A stretch of 64,000 nt of DNA from Bacteroidia bacterium (GCA_965216465.1 CBDCFW010000006.1:288001-352000), one strand, 5' to 3'; positions 39,465 to 50,003 are shown, numbered from the stretch's first letter. Numbers and translations are program-made. The notes: generated by a model not told the origin, from the sequence alone.

Positions 39465-40787
39465 ATGAGTTGGTTCAATAAAAGAAGTAAGAAATTCAAA
39501 ATCACAATAGATGATAAGAATTGGGTAGATGAAACTTTATTATGGTTAGTCAAATGTAACAGCATTCCATCATCTACCGAGTTGGTAGACTTTTCGGAAA
39601 AGTACTTTCCAAACACATTTGGATCATCTAAGATTTCTGTTGCCGATATAGTGAAGGATTCACTTAGATATTTAGGGCTACATGATATAGACTACTCTAT
39701 TCAATATCATGAAGATTTAAGAGATACTTCTGGGATTGCTTATGAGTCTGGAAAGGAAATTTTTGAATCTGACTTGGCCAAAATTGGTAATCATTATCAA
39801 ATACATATTGCTACAAGCTTGGAAAGAAATCCTCCTAGACTTGCTTATAGAGTTATACTAGAAACTGTCAAGATTAAGATGCTCACGATTGATGAGTCGT
39901 TTTATGATTCTGAGAATTTTAATTTGACTGCTCACATAGCTGCTATATACTTTGGATTAGGGCTAATTGTAGTTAATTATTCTCGTGATATTGGAAATTT
40001 AAATGATGGTGTGTGGGAAAGCAGCTGGTCATTATTTTCAGAAGTGCCAGATGAAGTTCTTGTATATGCATTGGTCTCTTACTGTAATCTTTGCAAGTTA
40101 GACCCAAATCTACTGAGTGATAACTTAAATAGTCATTTTAGACAAATTTTTGAAAATGCAAGACTTTATCTAGAACAAAATCCAAGTCAGGTGTTGAATG
40201 AAACTAATTTATTGGTAGCAAAACTTTTTTTTGAATCCAATGAATTGTATTTAAAAAACCAGTTTGACAAGGCAATTGAAGTACTTCGTAAGATATTATT
40301 TATTCACTCAGGGCATGGCAGTCTAAATAATTGGGAGCTTGCTGAAGTTTATAATAACATTGGGTATTATCAACTTCGAAATGGCGAGTATTTTAAGAGC
40401 ATTGACAATTTCCAGAAAGCAATAAACCATGATGAAGACTTTGGGTATGCTCGAAGTAACCTAGGATATAGTCTTTTAGAACTCAACAAACTTGAAGAGG
40501 GCAAAGAGAATATACTTGAAGCTAAACAATGTCCTATTCATGATTTAGGGTACATCCACAGAGGACTAGCACTGTACTATCAGAAAAAGAATGAGTTTCA
40601 AGAAGCTGAGAAACAATACAAGAAAGCGTTTGAATTGAAAACTAACGAAGTAGACTTATTGGAGTTAAACTACTGTAAACTTCTATTCGTGCTAGGGGAT
40701 AAAGACAACGGGCTTAAATATCTTAAAATTGCTGTCGAAAAAAACGAACCAGAAGCAATAGCATACAGAGCTTCTCTATCATTTTAG
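39465..40787 (+). CDS. Tetratricopeptide repeat protein with uncharacterised N-terminal domain
   Basis: TPR motifs AEVYNNIGYYQL...FQKAI, YARSNLGYSLL and YIHRGLALYY; TACCTTTG at 39436-39443. Confidence 0.8.
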   Translation: MSWFNKRSKKFKITIDDKNWVDETLLWLVKCNSIPSSTELVDFSEKYFPNTFGSSKISVADIVKDSLRYLGLHDIDYSIQYHEDLRDTSGIAYESGKEIFESDLAKIGNHYQIHIATSLERNPPRLAYRVILETVKIKMLTIDESFYDSENFNLTAHIAAIYFGLGLIVVNYSRDIGNLNDGVWESSWSLFSEVPDEVLVYALVSYCNLCKLDPNLLSDNLNSHFRQIFENARLYLEQNPSQVLNETNLLVAKLFFESNELYLKNQFDKAIEVLRKILFIHSGHGSLNNWELAEVYNNIGYYQLRNGEYFKSIDNFQKAINHDEDFGYARSNLGYSLLELNKLEEGKENILEAKQCPIHDLGYIHRGLALYYQKKNEFQEAEKQYKKAFELKTNEVDLLELNYCKLLFVLGDKDNGLKYLKIAVEKNEPEAIAYRASLSF

Positions 40788-40829
40788 CAGATATCCAGAC
40801 CAATCGAAGAATCTCTATCTTTGAGTCCC

Positions 40830-41231
40830 ATGTTGAAGAGTAAAACAGGAACTAAGACTGCCATTATTGTGTTTGGATCATTGACCTTGATTCAATGGAT
40901 TTTGGTGAATTACGACTTGCATGTGCTGTCAGCCAAAGAGCCAAGGGAACTCGGTTTATATACCTCTTTGATAGTGGTAGTCGTTTTAAACGGGCTGATG
41001 GCTGTCGCTAGACAATCAGCATCAATTGGTCTAGCTCTACTAACAGTAACGTGTGCTTTCATAATGGTATTCTGGGGTTCTTGGTTACTGCATGAGTCAT
41101 TGGCATCAAATGAAACGAGTCAGTATGGAGGTGGAGCGGCAGCAGCAGTTGTTGTGTTCTTTCCGACTGCTTTAGTCGCAGTGATTCTGCAAGGCTATAT
41201 CTATGACAGATTTTACAACTTCAAAGAGTAG
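40830..41231 (+). CDS. Hypothetical four-TM membrane protein
   Basis: Four hydrophobic segments; TATCTTTG at 40816-40823 favours ATG 40830. Confidence 0.6.
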   Translation: MLKSKTGTKTAIIVFGSLTLIQWILVNYDLHVLSAKEPRELGLYTSLIVVVVLNGLMAVARQSASIGLALLTVTCAFIMVFWGSWLLHESLASNETSQYGGGAAAAVVVFFPTALVAVILQGYIYDRFYNFKE

Positions 41232-41356
41232 CCGGACTCCTATAATGTATATATAGCTGGAGGGAAATCCTTGACCAAAACCCCCTCAAAAACCCTAGGA
41301 TATGGGTAGGGGTCTCTTCTCGTTCCTCTCATTTCAATTTTACCCAAACTCAAATA

Positions 41357-41524
41357 TTATTCCTTTGCCAGTCTGACTGATAGTATGAGGTGGTGTCTTC
41401 TGCAATCCATGTCACCAGCACAAGCAACCAGAATTCCTCAAATTTCATCAACAACTTCATACTTCAAATTGTGTTGATCAGCATATGCTGTCAATATTTG
41501 AGAAAGCTCCTTTAGGTTTAACAT
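41357..41524 (-). pseudogene. Short degraded ORF with an internal TGA
   Basis: MLNLKELSQILTAYADQHNLKYEVVDEI*GILVACAGDMDCRRHHLILSVRLAKE*, preceded by TAACTTTG at 41549-41542. Confidence 0.35.
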
Positions 41525-41612
41525 TTATAAGCTGAATGTCACAAAGTTAGGTGTTATCCTTTATGACCAAAATCCGACTTCATTATTGAAACATCGGGCT
41601 ACATTTGATTCA

Positions 41613-42554
41613 ATGAAAATCCTTTTCTCGACAGCTCTTCTTTTTCTAGGACTCACCACTCTAGCTCAATCACCAAAAGGCTACTCTATCATTTTTGAAA
41701 ATACGGTAAATACCGGGTATCTTGAGAATAATAATTTATCGAGCATGCTTAACGGTTACGACAATCTACCAAACTACTTCAATAATTTCCCAAGCCTCGA
41801 TGCACAAATAACAGAGACTAAAGAATTCGATAGCACTACATCATTCTTCAATAGACCTTATCACATTGCTGGCGGAGATAAAATCTACTTTAGAAATACC
41901 ACCATCGGAATTCAAAAAGACATTCTTCGTTCAAACGGCACAGACATTAGCCACAGTTTTGGAATAAACATTGGTTTGGCAGATTTTAACTTGGGCACAA
42001 TCCAAAGCTATAGTAGCACGAACTACTTGGGCAAAGATTCAACACCTGAAGATGGCGTGTATCACATACAAGAATCAAGTCGTCGTTCGATATCAGCTTA
42101 CAAAAAAGTAAGACGAGTAGGGTTATACTACGAAAACAGCATCAGACTAAAACCGGCTAAATGGTTCAACCTTTCTATTTCACTGAGACACTTTGTTGAT
42201 CTAAAATATAAAGATCAACTGCTTACACGATATTCAGAACGATTGGCCGACACGTTCTTTACCTATGAGAAATACGATGATTATTCAATCTACTGGATGG
42301 ACTGCATTGTTCTTGGGCCAAGACTAAATCTTTATGACAAGGAAGAACCTCGTTCAATTCATGATGTTTCCGAGCGAGATGTTCAACTGAACTATAGAAA
42401 TTCCATTCTGTTTAGACCTGAATTTTTATTCGGAAAGCAAAAGAAGGTTTCATTGTATTTCAACGTTGGATTCTCTCCACTTCAGCTTCAAGGGGATGAT
42501 TTTGTCACTAACTCAAACTGGACGTATGGATACGGATTGAGGTATCGACTCTAA
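41613..42554 (+). CDS. Hypothetical outer-membrane protein
   Basis: Signal peptide, terminal YGYGLRYRL strand; TACATTTG at 41600-41607. Confidence 0.6.
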   Translation: MKILFSTALLFLGLTTLAQSPKGYSIIFENTVNTGYLENNNLSSMLNGYDNLPNYFNNFPSLDAQITETKEFDSTTSFFNRPYHIAGGDKIYFRNTTIGIQKDILRSNGTDISHSFGINIGLADFNLGTIQSYSSTNYLGKDSTPEDGVYHIQESSRRSISAYKKVRRVGLYYENSIRLKPAKWFNLSISLRHFVDLKYKDQLLTRYSERLADTFFTYEKYDDYSIYWMDCIVLGPRLNLYDKEEPRSIHDVSERDVQLNYRNSILFRPEFLFGKQKKVSLYFNVGFSPLQLQGDDFVTNSNWTYGYGLRYRL

Positions 42555-43196
42555 CTATTTTCGAGCTATAAGATAATCGGCGAAGCCATACCAATCCCAG
42601 TACACGCCGCCTTTTACATAGCCTAATTGAATCTTTTGAACCACAATCTTGATGGGCATAAGAAGAATATTTATCAATCTTCTGTTTTTGCCCGATTGCA
42701 ACACTTTCATCCCACCTTTATTGAAAATCCCAGCGATTTCCTCAATGCTATAGATGCGAACATGGGTATCATCGTCGTAGAAGTTCAAGGTGCCTTTTTT
42801 CGATGGGAAATCCTTGCTCGCTTCACATGGAAACTCTACATAAAATACCCCGCCTTCTTTGAGCTTTGGCATTAAGCCTTTTACCACATCATCACCATTG
42901 TGTAAATGCTCAATGATGTGACTCATAACTATAATGTCGTAATGGTTATCTGGTATTGCATCAAACTTCAACTCAGTTAAATCCAATTGAATGAACTCAT
43001 CCATATTGGCCAAGTCTTCTGCATCATTGTCATAATTTTGATCGCGATCTACTCCTGTATAGTGACAGAGTGGAAAGTGCTTTTTGGTTATCGTAGCCGA
43101 GTGACTTCCAGAACCAATATCCAGCACCTTACACGACAAAGTAGGTGAATATTTCTTTAGGATGTTTATCCGAAAAGGAGGTATAAAATTGGCCAT
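42555..43196 (-). CDS. Class I SAM-dependent methyltransferase
   Basis: VLDIGSG, YDIIVMSHIIEHL, LKEGG and DDTH motifs. Confidence 0.88.
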   Translation of the reverse strand: MANFIPPFRINILKKYSPTLSCKVLDIGSGSHSATITKKHFPLCHYTGVDRDQNYDNDAEDLANMDEFIQLDLTELKFDAIPDNHYDIIVMSHIIEHLHNGDDVVKGLMPKLKEGGVFYVEFPCEASKDFPSKKGTLNFYDDDTHVRIYSIEEIAGIFNKGGMKVLQSGKNRRLINILLMPIKIVVQKIQLGYVKGGVYWDWYGFADYLIARK

Positions 43197-43577
43197 TTAC
43201 TTAACTGCAATAACGCTAATTTCTACATTAACTCGCTTAGGCAAGGTTTTTACCGCAACTGCCTCTCTAGCAGGAGGATTGTCAATAAAATACTGAGCAT
43301 AAACCTCATTTATACTGGTATAGTAATCCATGTCGCTCATAAAAATGCTGGCCTTTACAACGTTTGAAAAATCCATTTCAGCTGCTTTTAAAACAGCTTC
43401 AATATTCTTCATTACTTGAATTGTTTCGCTGATTATACCATCATCCACCAATTCTCCAGTTGCAGGATCAATGGCTATCTGACCGCTACAATACAAGGTA
43501 TCGTTTACAAGAACCGCTTGACTGTAAGGGCCTATGGCAGCAGGAGCATCTGGTGTACTTATTATTTTTTTACTCAT
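43197..43577 (-). CDS. ridA: RidA family reactive-intermediate deaminase
   Basis: APAAIGPYSQA, SGQI, NEVY, PARE.V and LP...VEI motifs. Confidence 0.92.
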   Translation of the reverse strand: MSKKIISTPDAPAAIGPYSQAVLVNDTLYCSGQIAIDPATGELVDDGIISETIQVMKNIEAVLKAAEMDFSNVVKASIFMSDMDYYTSINEVYAQYFIDNPPAREAVAVKTLPKRVNVEISVIAVK

Positions 43578-43630
43578 TTTTATGCTTTAGTATTTGGTTT
43601 CAAGTTTAGCCTTTTAACTTTGCTCACTTC

Positions 43631-44287
43631 ATGAATATTGCAGCTAAAGGCCATCCCAATCAAATTCAAGAACTCGCTGAATTGCTTTCAGACCATTCTA
43701 TTTTGGAGTTCAAAATTAATGAAATTGACAGCTATGATGTCATCTTTGATTTGGATTTTGATGAAAACCCAGAACAATTCACAAATTACCTCGAAGTTGA
43801 CGAATGTTTAGTCGTAGCTGGATGCATCAGACTTCAACTTGAAGAAATTGTAGCAGAAGCTGGAATCAAACCAAACTGTGCTTTTATTGGCATGAATACC
43901 CTGCCAACTTTTATCAACCGAAGCTTGGTAGAATGCTGTGCCTTAAACGAAGAAGATCAAGAAATGGCAAAAGCTATTTTCACCTCTCTTGGACTTGAAA
44001 GCAGATTTGTGGAAAGCAGAGTAGGGTTGGTAACTCCTCGTATCGTTTGTATGATTATCAATGAAGCCTATTTTACGGTACAAGAAGGTACAGCTAGCCG
44101 TGAAGATATCGATCTTGGTATGAAACTCGGAACCGCGTATCCAAAGGGACCATTTGAATGGTGTGATGAAATTGGAATCGACAATGTTTATGAGACTTTA
44201 GAAGCACTATACCAAGACACTAAAGATGAACGCTACAAAATCTGCCCGCTGCTTAAAAAAGAGTACCTGCAGAGCTTTGTCTCTTAA
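43631..44287 (+). CDS. 3-hydroxyacyl-CoA dehydrogenase family protein (C-terminal domain, degenerate NAD-binding part)
   Basis: GLVTPRIVCMIINEAY...DIDLGMKLGTAYPKGPFEW. Confidence 0.82.
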   Translation: MNIAAKGHPNQIQELAELLSDHSILEFKINEIDSYDVIFDLDFDENPEQFTNYLEVDECLVVAGCIRLQLEEIVAEAGIKPNCAFIGMNTLPTFINRSLVECCALNEEDQEMAKAIFTSLGLESRFVESRVGLVTPRIVCMIINEAYFTVQEGTASREDIDLGMKLGTAYPKGPFEWCDEIGIDNVYETLEALYQDTKDERYKICPLLKKEYLQSFVS

Positions 44288-44293
44288 TTCGCA

Positions 44294-45874
44294 TCATACG
44301 CCTAATACTTTAAACTCAACTCTTCTATTCAGCAATTGACCTTGTTTGGTTGAATTATCGGCTATAGGATAATCAGGACCAAAGCCTTTAATCTCAATTC
44401 GTGATTCGTCAATTCCATTTAAGGTTAAAAAGCTCCTTACAGCCTTTGCCCTCCGTAAACTCAAATCCATATTGTGATCATAATCTCCAACGTCGCTAGT
44501 ATGACCTGATAGTTCAATTCTCATGGCATTATTGCCTAATAGAGCTTCGAGCAATTCTCCCAGTGTTTGAAAAGATTCAGGCAGTAACTCTGCTTCATCG
44601 TTCTCAAAATGTATATCATCAAGTATCAATTGGTCACCAACCTTGAGGTCAGTAAACAATCCTCCTTCTTTAGCAGGTTCCTCATCTTCTGACACCCCCT
44701 CAAAGTTGCACCCACAATCAGAACTTCCCGCAGGTACCAAACTCACATCGTCCATAAAATAATAACTCTCTTGTGCCTCACCATCTACACTAATCAAGTT
44801 AAGATCATGATGATTTTGAAAGCTCCCGATAACCAAATAACGTTCTCCACCTATTGCCTTGTACGAGCATTGTACCTTCATCCAACGTGTCTTGTAATTT
44901 AGTACTTGATCATTTAAACCCTTGCTCGGTTCTATAGTTAACAGTTCATCTGTGTTGATGCTCACTTTGTCCTGCGACAGTTTAAACCCAAACGCATTGG
45001 TTGCATATCTACTTGCAGGAGAAAGTTTTAGAAATGCTGAAAAGCAATAAACAGAATCTTTCTCTAAGGGCTGCTTCAATTCGTTCTGGAGATATTCAAT
45101 GTGCTTTTGCATGCTAAATACTCGAAAACCAACAAACGAAGAACCCGAATGTGAAACTCGAGGTGCTATATAAAAGTCTGGAGATTCAGACGCAATTTCC
45201 CAGCCCGGAACCTGGTTCGTAAACGACATAATCGTAAATGGCGCTTTAGGATGTATTTCAAACTCTGGGTTGCTTATATAATTATAAGGATGTTTGGTAT
45301 TTGTGTTTTGATCATTTACCAACTCACTATTTCCAACGCTATCTTCAAAACTCCGATATGCGCTATCGGTCATTGTTCCATTTGGATTTTGATATGTCGA
45401 ACTCCATTGTGACATCAAGTCCATTGGAATATGATTCTTTAACTTCTTTTTGTACTCCCATACTGTAAAGCTCTCAAAATCTTTGAACACGTGAATAATC
45501 CTGCCTCCATTATCAATAATTCCATTCTTAAATCCCAATTGATTGGTAATTGTGCCTTTATGATAATTGCGAATTAGGATAGTATCACCCGTCTCCGGTT
45601 CGTAATAAATCTCTAAGCCATGTTTACGGGTGAGTTTGGCTGACTTATTAGCCTTGTAGTTTACTTCAATCAAAGTATTTCCAAGCGAATCAATGGCCAA
45701 CCAACGACCATTTTTCAAATGTGCCGTAGTTTTCTGCCCAGTGACTACCGATCGGTATTTGATGCTTACATTTTCACCAACTGTTTCGGCAAGTAGACTT
45801 TTATACCGAATGGTATCTTGCCCGAAGGCAGCAACATTAATAAGTACAAGAAGAAGAGCTCCAGCCAGTTTCAT
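44294..45874 (-). CDS. OmpA family protein (C-terminal peptidoglycan-binding domain)
   Basis: IHFEND, ELSGHTSDVG...NMDLSLRRAKAV and NRRVEF motifs; central beta-sandwich (NPEFE...SPDFY...YYFMDDVSL). Confidence 0.88.
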   Translation of the reverse strand: MKLAGALLLVLINVAAFGQDTIRYKSLLAETVGENVSIKYRSVVTGQKTTAHLKNGRWLAIDSLGNTLIEVNYKANKSAKLTRKHGLEIYYEPETGDTILIRNYHKGTITNQLGFKNGIIDNGGRIIHVFKDFESFTVWEYKKKLKNHIPMDLMSQWSSTYQNPNGTMTDSAYRSFEDSVGNSELVNDQNTNTKHPYNYISNPEFEIHPKAPFTIMSFTNQVPGWEIASESPDFYIAPRVSHSGSSFVGFRVFSMQKHIEYLQNELKQPLEKDSVYCFSAFLKLSPASRYATNAFGFKLSQDKVSINTDELLTIEPSKGLNDQVLNYKTRWMKVQCSYKAIGGERYLVIGSFQNHHDLNLISVDGEAQESYYFMDDVSLVPAGSSDCGCNFEGVSEDEEPAKEGGLFTDLKVGDQLILDDIHFENDEAELLPESFQTLGELLEALLGNNAMRIELSGHTSDVGDYDHNMDLSLRRAKAVRSFLTLNGIDESRIEIKGFGPDYPIADNSTKQGQLLNRRVEFKVLGV

Positions 45875-45938
45875 TTGTTTACTATCAAACGAAAATTGTG
45901 CCAGAAAAATATGAATCGCAATTAATTTAAACCAATTC

Positions 45939-48440
45939 TTAGAACTGTTGACCAATAAAGAAGTGGAATTGTCCTGCAGGTTCACCAGCACTTTGATCCA
46001 TCGCCCATGCATAATCAATTCCTAGAAGTCCAAACATAGGTAAGAACAGACGCACACCAACTCCACCTGCTCGTCTAACTTCAAATGGATTGAAATCTCT
46101 GAAACTGCTCCAAGCATTTCCTGCCTCTAAGAAGGTTTGAGCATAGATAGTAGAAGACTGGCCTACAGTTAATGGATAACGAAGTTCTAACGTGTACTTA
46201 GTATAGATTGGTTGTCCGCTCTGTCCAAATGCAGGGTCACTGATTCGACCTTCATCATAACCTCTTTGTGAAACAATATCAGTACCGTAAAGTACAAAGT
46301 TGGTCAAACCGCTACCCCCTACTTTGAACATTTCAAAAGGAGAATATCCAATATCTTGATTGTAAATTCCAATTGCTCCAAAACGGTAAGCTGGTGCAAT
46401 AACCACCTTTCTCTTTGCTTTCTGAGGGAAGCCTAAGAACCATTGCCCTGAGAACTTATACTTATGCAACTCAATCCACTTAAAGCGTTCTTGTGCAGTT
46501 AATGAAGTATAGTCTTTGTCTTTATCAAACAATGAATATGGAGGTGTTGCTTGAATAGAAGCTGCGAACGAAGATCCTTCTGTTGGATAGATTGGATGAT
46601 CGGTACTGTTTCTTTTCAGATCTAAGATCAAACTAACGTTGTTTGCAAATCCTGTTGTAAATCCAAGCTCGGATGCACCTGAGAAACTCCAATTGTTTAA
46701 AACATAGCGCTGGTAAGTTGCAGAAGCAGTGAACGAGAAGTAGTCATCAGGAAACTTCAATTGCTTTCCAAACATTACTGTTGCACCCGAAGTTTTAAAC
46801 TTTGGTCGATCCGCTTCGGTAGACCAAGTTGACTGCACACTGTGAAACACACTCGCCGAGAACATATTGGGCTTCTTACCACCTAACCATGGCTCTGTAA
46901 AGCTAAAGTTGTATCCTTGATATTGTGGCCCATTACTTTGAGCTCTGATTGACAATTTTTGGCCGTCACCCGCTGGAATTGGAGACCACCCACCAGGCTG
47001 AAACATCTTTCGTGTACTGAAGTTGTTTAAGGTAAGCCCTAGAGTTCCTACAAATCCTCCGATACCACCCCATCCTCCTGAGGCTTCAATCTGATCACTC
47101 GGTTTTTCAACCACTTTGTATTGAATATCTACCGTTCCATTTTGCGGATTTGGAATTGGATTTACGTCTAATCCTTCAGGATCGAAGAAACCAAGTTGTG
47201 CCAACTCACGCATACTTCTCTGAATGTCAGAACGACTAAATTTATCTCCTGGTCGCGTTCTTATCACACGCAAGGCAACAAAATCACTTGTTTTAGTGTT
47301 TCCTATCACGGTAACACGGTTTACTGTTGCTTGCTTTCCTTCATATATTCTAAGCTCAAGATCAATACTATCATTTTCCACAAGAACCTCAACCGGGTTA
47401 ATGTTGAAGAAGAGATAACCATCATCCATGTACAAAGCGGAAACATCAAATCCTGTTGGACTCGCAAATAGTTTGGTTTCCAAACGTGATTGATCATACA
47501 CATCACCTCGTCTAATTCCCAAAACCGTATCCAATAAACCTGAGCTGTATTTTGTATTTCCAACCCATGTGATATTTCTGAAATAGTACTTGTTTCCTTC
47601 CTCAATATTCATTCGGATAACCACTCGATCTTCTTCGGTGCGGTCTACAGAATAATCAAGCAATTTTGCATCTCGATAACCTTTCGAATTATACAGCTTC
47701 ATTACCTCCGGACGTGTTTCATCAAACACATCTTGAACAAACTTAGAAGAGGCAAAAATGTTAATCTTACGGTACTTTCTTTTAGGCTTAATAAGCTTTC
47801 TAAGCTGCTTATCTTCAATGCTGGCGTTTCCAGTGAACACAACATCTTGCACCTTTATTTTTTTCCCGCGTTGAATGTCAATTCGCAGCACCTCATAGTT
47901 TGGTTTCTCTGCATCAGGCTCTTTTTTGAAGTCAATTTCTACCCCATAATATCCCTTTTCAAAGAAGTAAGCTTCAATTTCTCTACGGGTAGAATTCACC
48001 AAATCTTCGGTAATAATTTGATTTCTTTTGAGGCTAATCTCATCACGAATATTATTCGTTTGAGATTTGTTTAGACCTTTAATCGAGTACTTCGATAAAC
48101 GAGGTCTTTCAGTTAAGTGAATAGCTAAATAGACTTTTTTACCATCTATTTTCAATGCGTGAATTTCGATGTCACTAAACAGCTTTTGTTTCCATAGCCG
48201 TTCAATAGCGATTCGTGTCTCATCACCAGGGATTGTTATCTTCTGGCCAACCGATAATCCAGACATCAAAATAACGATGTTCCGATCGGTAAAGCTTGTC
48301 CCTTTAAATTTGACATCAATTCCTCCTAATTCATACTGTTTTGGGTTCTCATAGTCGATTTCGATCCCTGCTCCTATTCCTAGTTGAGCGAATGAAAATG
48401 TTGCTTTTAGTATTAGTACGAGTGCTAATAATTTTTTCAT
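45939..48440 (-). CDS. bamA: Outer membrane protein assembly factor BamA
   Basis: POTRA repeats (GNTKT, LAQLGFF), SFTEPWLGG, QRGY, ELRYP and terminal FFIGQQF. Confidence 0.95.
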   Translation of the reverse strand: MKKLLALVLILKATFSFAQLGIGAGIEIDYENPKQYELGGIDVKFKGTSFTDRNIVILMSGLSVGQKITIPGDETRIAIERLWKQKLFSDIEIHALKIDGKKVYLAIHLTERPRLSKYSIKGLNKSQTNNIRDEISLKRNQIITEDLVNSTRREIEAYFFEKGYYGVEIDFKKEPDAEKPNYEVLRIDIQRGKKIKVQDVVFTGNASIEDKQLRKLIKPKRKYRKINIFASSKFVQDVFDETRPEVMKLYNSKGYRDAKLLDYSVDRTEEDRVVIRMNIEEGNKYYFRNITWVGNTKYSSGLLDTVLGIRRGDVYDQSRLETKLFASPTGFDVSALYMDDGYLFFNINPVEVLVENDSIDLELRIYEGKQATVNRVTVIGNTKTSDFVALRVIRTRPGDKFSRSDIQRSMRELAQLGFFDPEGLDVNPIPNPQNGTVDIQYKVVEKPSDQIEASGGWGGIGGFVGTLGLTLNNFSTRKMFQPGGWSPIPAGDGQKLSIRAQSNGPQYQGYNFSFTEPWLGGKKPNMFSASVFHSVQSTWSTEADRPKFKTSGATVMFGKQLKFPDDYFSFTASATYQRYVLNNWSFSGASELGFTTGFANNVSLILDLKRNSTDHPIYPTEGSSFAASIQATPPYSLFDKDKDYTSLTAQERFKWIELHKYKFSGQWFLGFPQKAKRKVVIAPAYRFGAIGIYNQDIGYSPFEMFKVGGSGLTNFVLYGTDIVSQRGYDEGRISDPAFGQSGQPIYTKYTLELRYPLTVGQSSTIYAQTFLEAGNAWSSFRDFNPFEVRRAGGVGVRLFLPMFGLLGIDYAWAMDQSAGEPAGQFHFFIGQQF

Positions 48441-48448
48441 TTATGCTT

Positions 48449-49189
48449 CTATGTGCTTATTTGTTCGCTGGTTTTCCCAAACCTTCTTTCTCTACTTTGA
48501 TAATCTAAAATGGCTTCTTTCAGATGTTCTTTTCTGAAATCGGGCCAAAGAACTGTAGTAAAATACAATTCGCTATAAGCCATTTCCCATAAAAGGAAAT
48601 TGCTAATTCTTAACTCTCCACTTGTTCTGATCATTAACTCAGGGTGTGGATATTTATGTGTCGTTAAGGTGTTGTCAATTAATTCTTCGTTTATTTCATC
48701 AATCTCAATTTCTCCCGAAGCCGCCATTCGAGCGATACGTTTTGTAGCATTGACGATGTCCCATTTTGCACTGTAACTTAATGCAAGAATTAAGGTCATT
48801 CGGGTATTCCCTTTAGTTATCTCAATGGCTTCTTCAAGTTCTTTAACACACTCTTTCGGCAACATGCTTCTATCGCCAATAGCGTCAAGCTTGATTCCAT
48901 TCTCCATCAAAGTCTTCGTTTCATTTCTGATTGTTTTAACCAGAAGTGTCATCAAGGCATTTACTTCAATCTTTGGACGATTCCAGTTTTCGGTACTGAA
49001 AGCATACAGTGTAAGATATTTAACACCGAGTTCAGCACAACCTTCAGATACTTCACGTACCGCTTTTACACCATTTTGGTGGCCAAATATTCTAAACCGA
49101 CCTTTTTCTTTTGCCCAACGGCCATTACCATCCATGATGATGGCGATGTGATTCGGTAAGCGTGCTATGTCAATATTCTCGTTAGTCAA
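48449..49189 (-). CDS. uppS: Undecaprenyl diphosphate synthase
   Basis: HIAIIMDGNGRWA, YAFSTENWNRP, IRTSGELRISNFLLW and RERRFG motifs. Confidence 0.97.
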   Translation of the reverse strand: MTNENIDIARLPNHIAIIMDGNGRWAKEKGRFRIFGHQNGVKAVREVSEGCAELGVKYLTLYAFSTENWNRPKIEVNALMTLLVKTIRNETKTLMENGIKLDAIGDRSMLPKECVKELEEAIEITKGNTRMTLILALSYSAKWDIVNATKRIARMAASGEIEIDEINEELIDNTLTTHKYPHPELMIRTSGELRISNFLLWEMAYSELYFTTVLWPDFRKEHLKEAILDYQSRERRFGKTSEQIST

Positions 49190-50003
49190 AGAAATGAATT
49201 CTGTTATAAGGACATTGAATTGGAGTGAATCGATACGAAATGGTAAATGCAGTTTGGAAATACCAGTCTTTTAAGTTTGGATCGCCACGCATATCACCTT
49301 GTTGAGACAAGATGCCTCCTGATTCTGAAACTTCCCAAGATCGATCAGTAAGTTGTCGTCCAGTTAGACTTATCGGATTATCAGGGTCTCGCAAATCAGG
49401 ATAAACAGTACTCACATCATCAAGATAGTCTGTAAAGGTTCTTCTCCATCCTGCTTCAAAACCAACAACCAAATTTTTGGTAACTGCGTGCTTTATTCCT
49501 ACTCCAAAAGGAACACTTATTTGAAAGAGTTTATAACGGTCATCGGCACTTAGTTGCTCTGTATTTTGAGCATGGAGATCATACCATACGCCATTTAATT
49601 CTGCTTCTGGCTTATGTAAAAACCCAGCTAGTCCCATCATTGCATAGAACGATGTTGATTCGTGAATGGTACTTGCACTAAACGGTTTGAAGTTAAATTC
49701 AAAGATGGTACCCACCTCGTAAATGTTATTTCTGAAGCTTAAGTTTCTTAAATGGTACTCTTCAAAGTTTTGATCAGAGCCCGAAATTTGCATGTACGAT
49801 AAAGTTGGACGTAATGACCAAAACTCATTGAAATTGTATTTGAAAAATCCTCCACCTGAGAAATTAGTTTCCCTCGGAACGATGTTATACGCCAAATCAC
49901 CATGATAGTTAGACCCGCCAGCCATCAATCCCAACTCCCAAGACTGGGCATAGCTTGTAAGTACTGAAACTAAAAGCAGGATATTGAATGTGATTCTCTT
50001 CAT
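49182..50003 (-). CDS. DUF6089 family outer-membrane beta-barrel (PorG-like)
   Basis: GGSNYHGDL, RNLSF, TFTDYLDD and RGDP..KDWY motifs. Confidence 0.82.
   Translation of the reverse strand: MKRITFNILLLVSVLTSYAQSWELGLMAGGSNYHGDLAYNIVPRETNFSGGGFFKYNFNEFWSLRPTLSYMQISGSDQNFEEYHLRNLSFRNNIYEVGTIFEFNFKPFSASTIHESTSFYAMMGLAGFLHKPEAELNGVWYDLHAQNTEQLSADDRYKLFQISVPFGVGIKHAVTKNLVVGFEAGWRRTFTDYLDDVSTVYPDLRDPDNPISLTGRQLTDRSWEVSESGGILSQQGDMRGDPNLKDWYFQTAFTISYRFTPIQCPYNRIHFFD

Noticed and set aside
41357-41524. Selenoprotein interpretation of the in-frame TGA
   Set aside because: No convincing SECIS hairpin, no redox motif around the TGA, and no sel genes in the window.
39200-42554. Integrative element with attL/attR at tRNA-Phe
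   Set aside because: No integrase and no second copy of the tRNA 3' end found by eye in the window.
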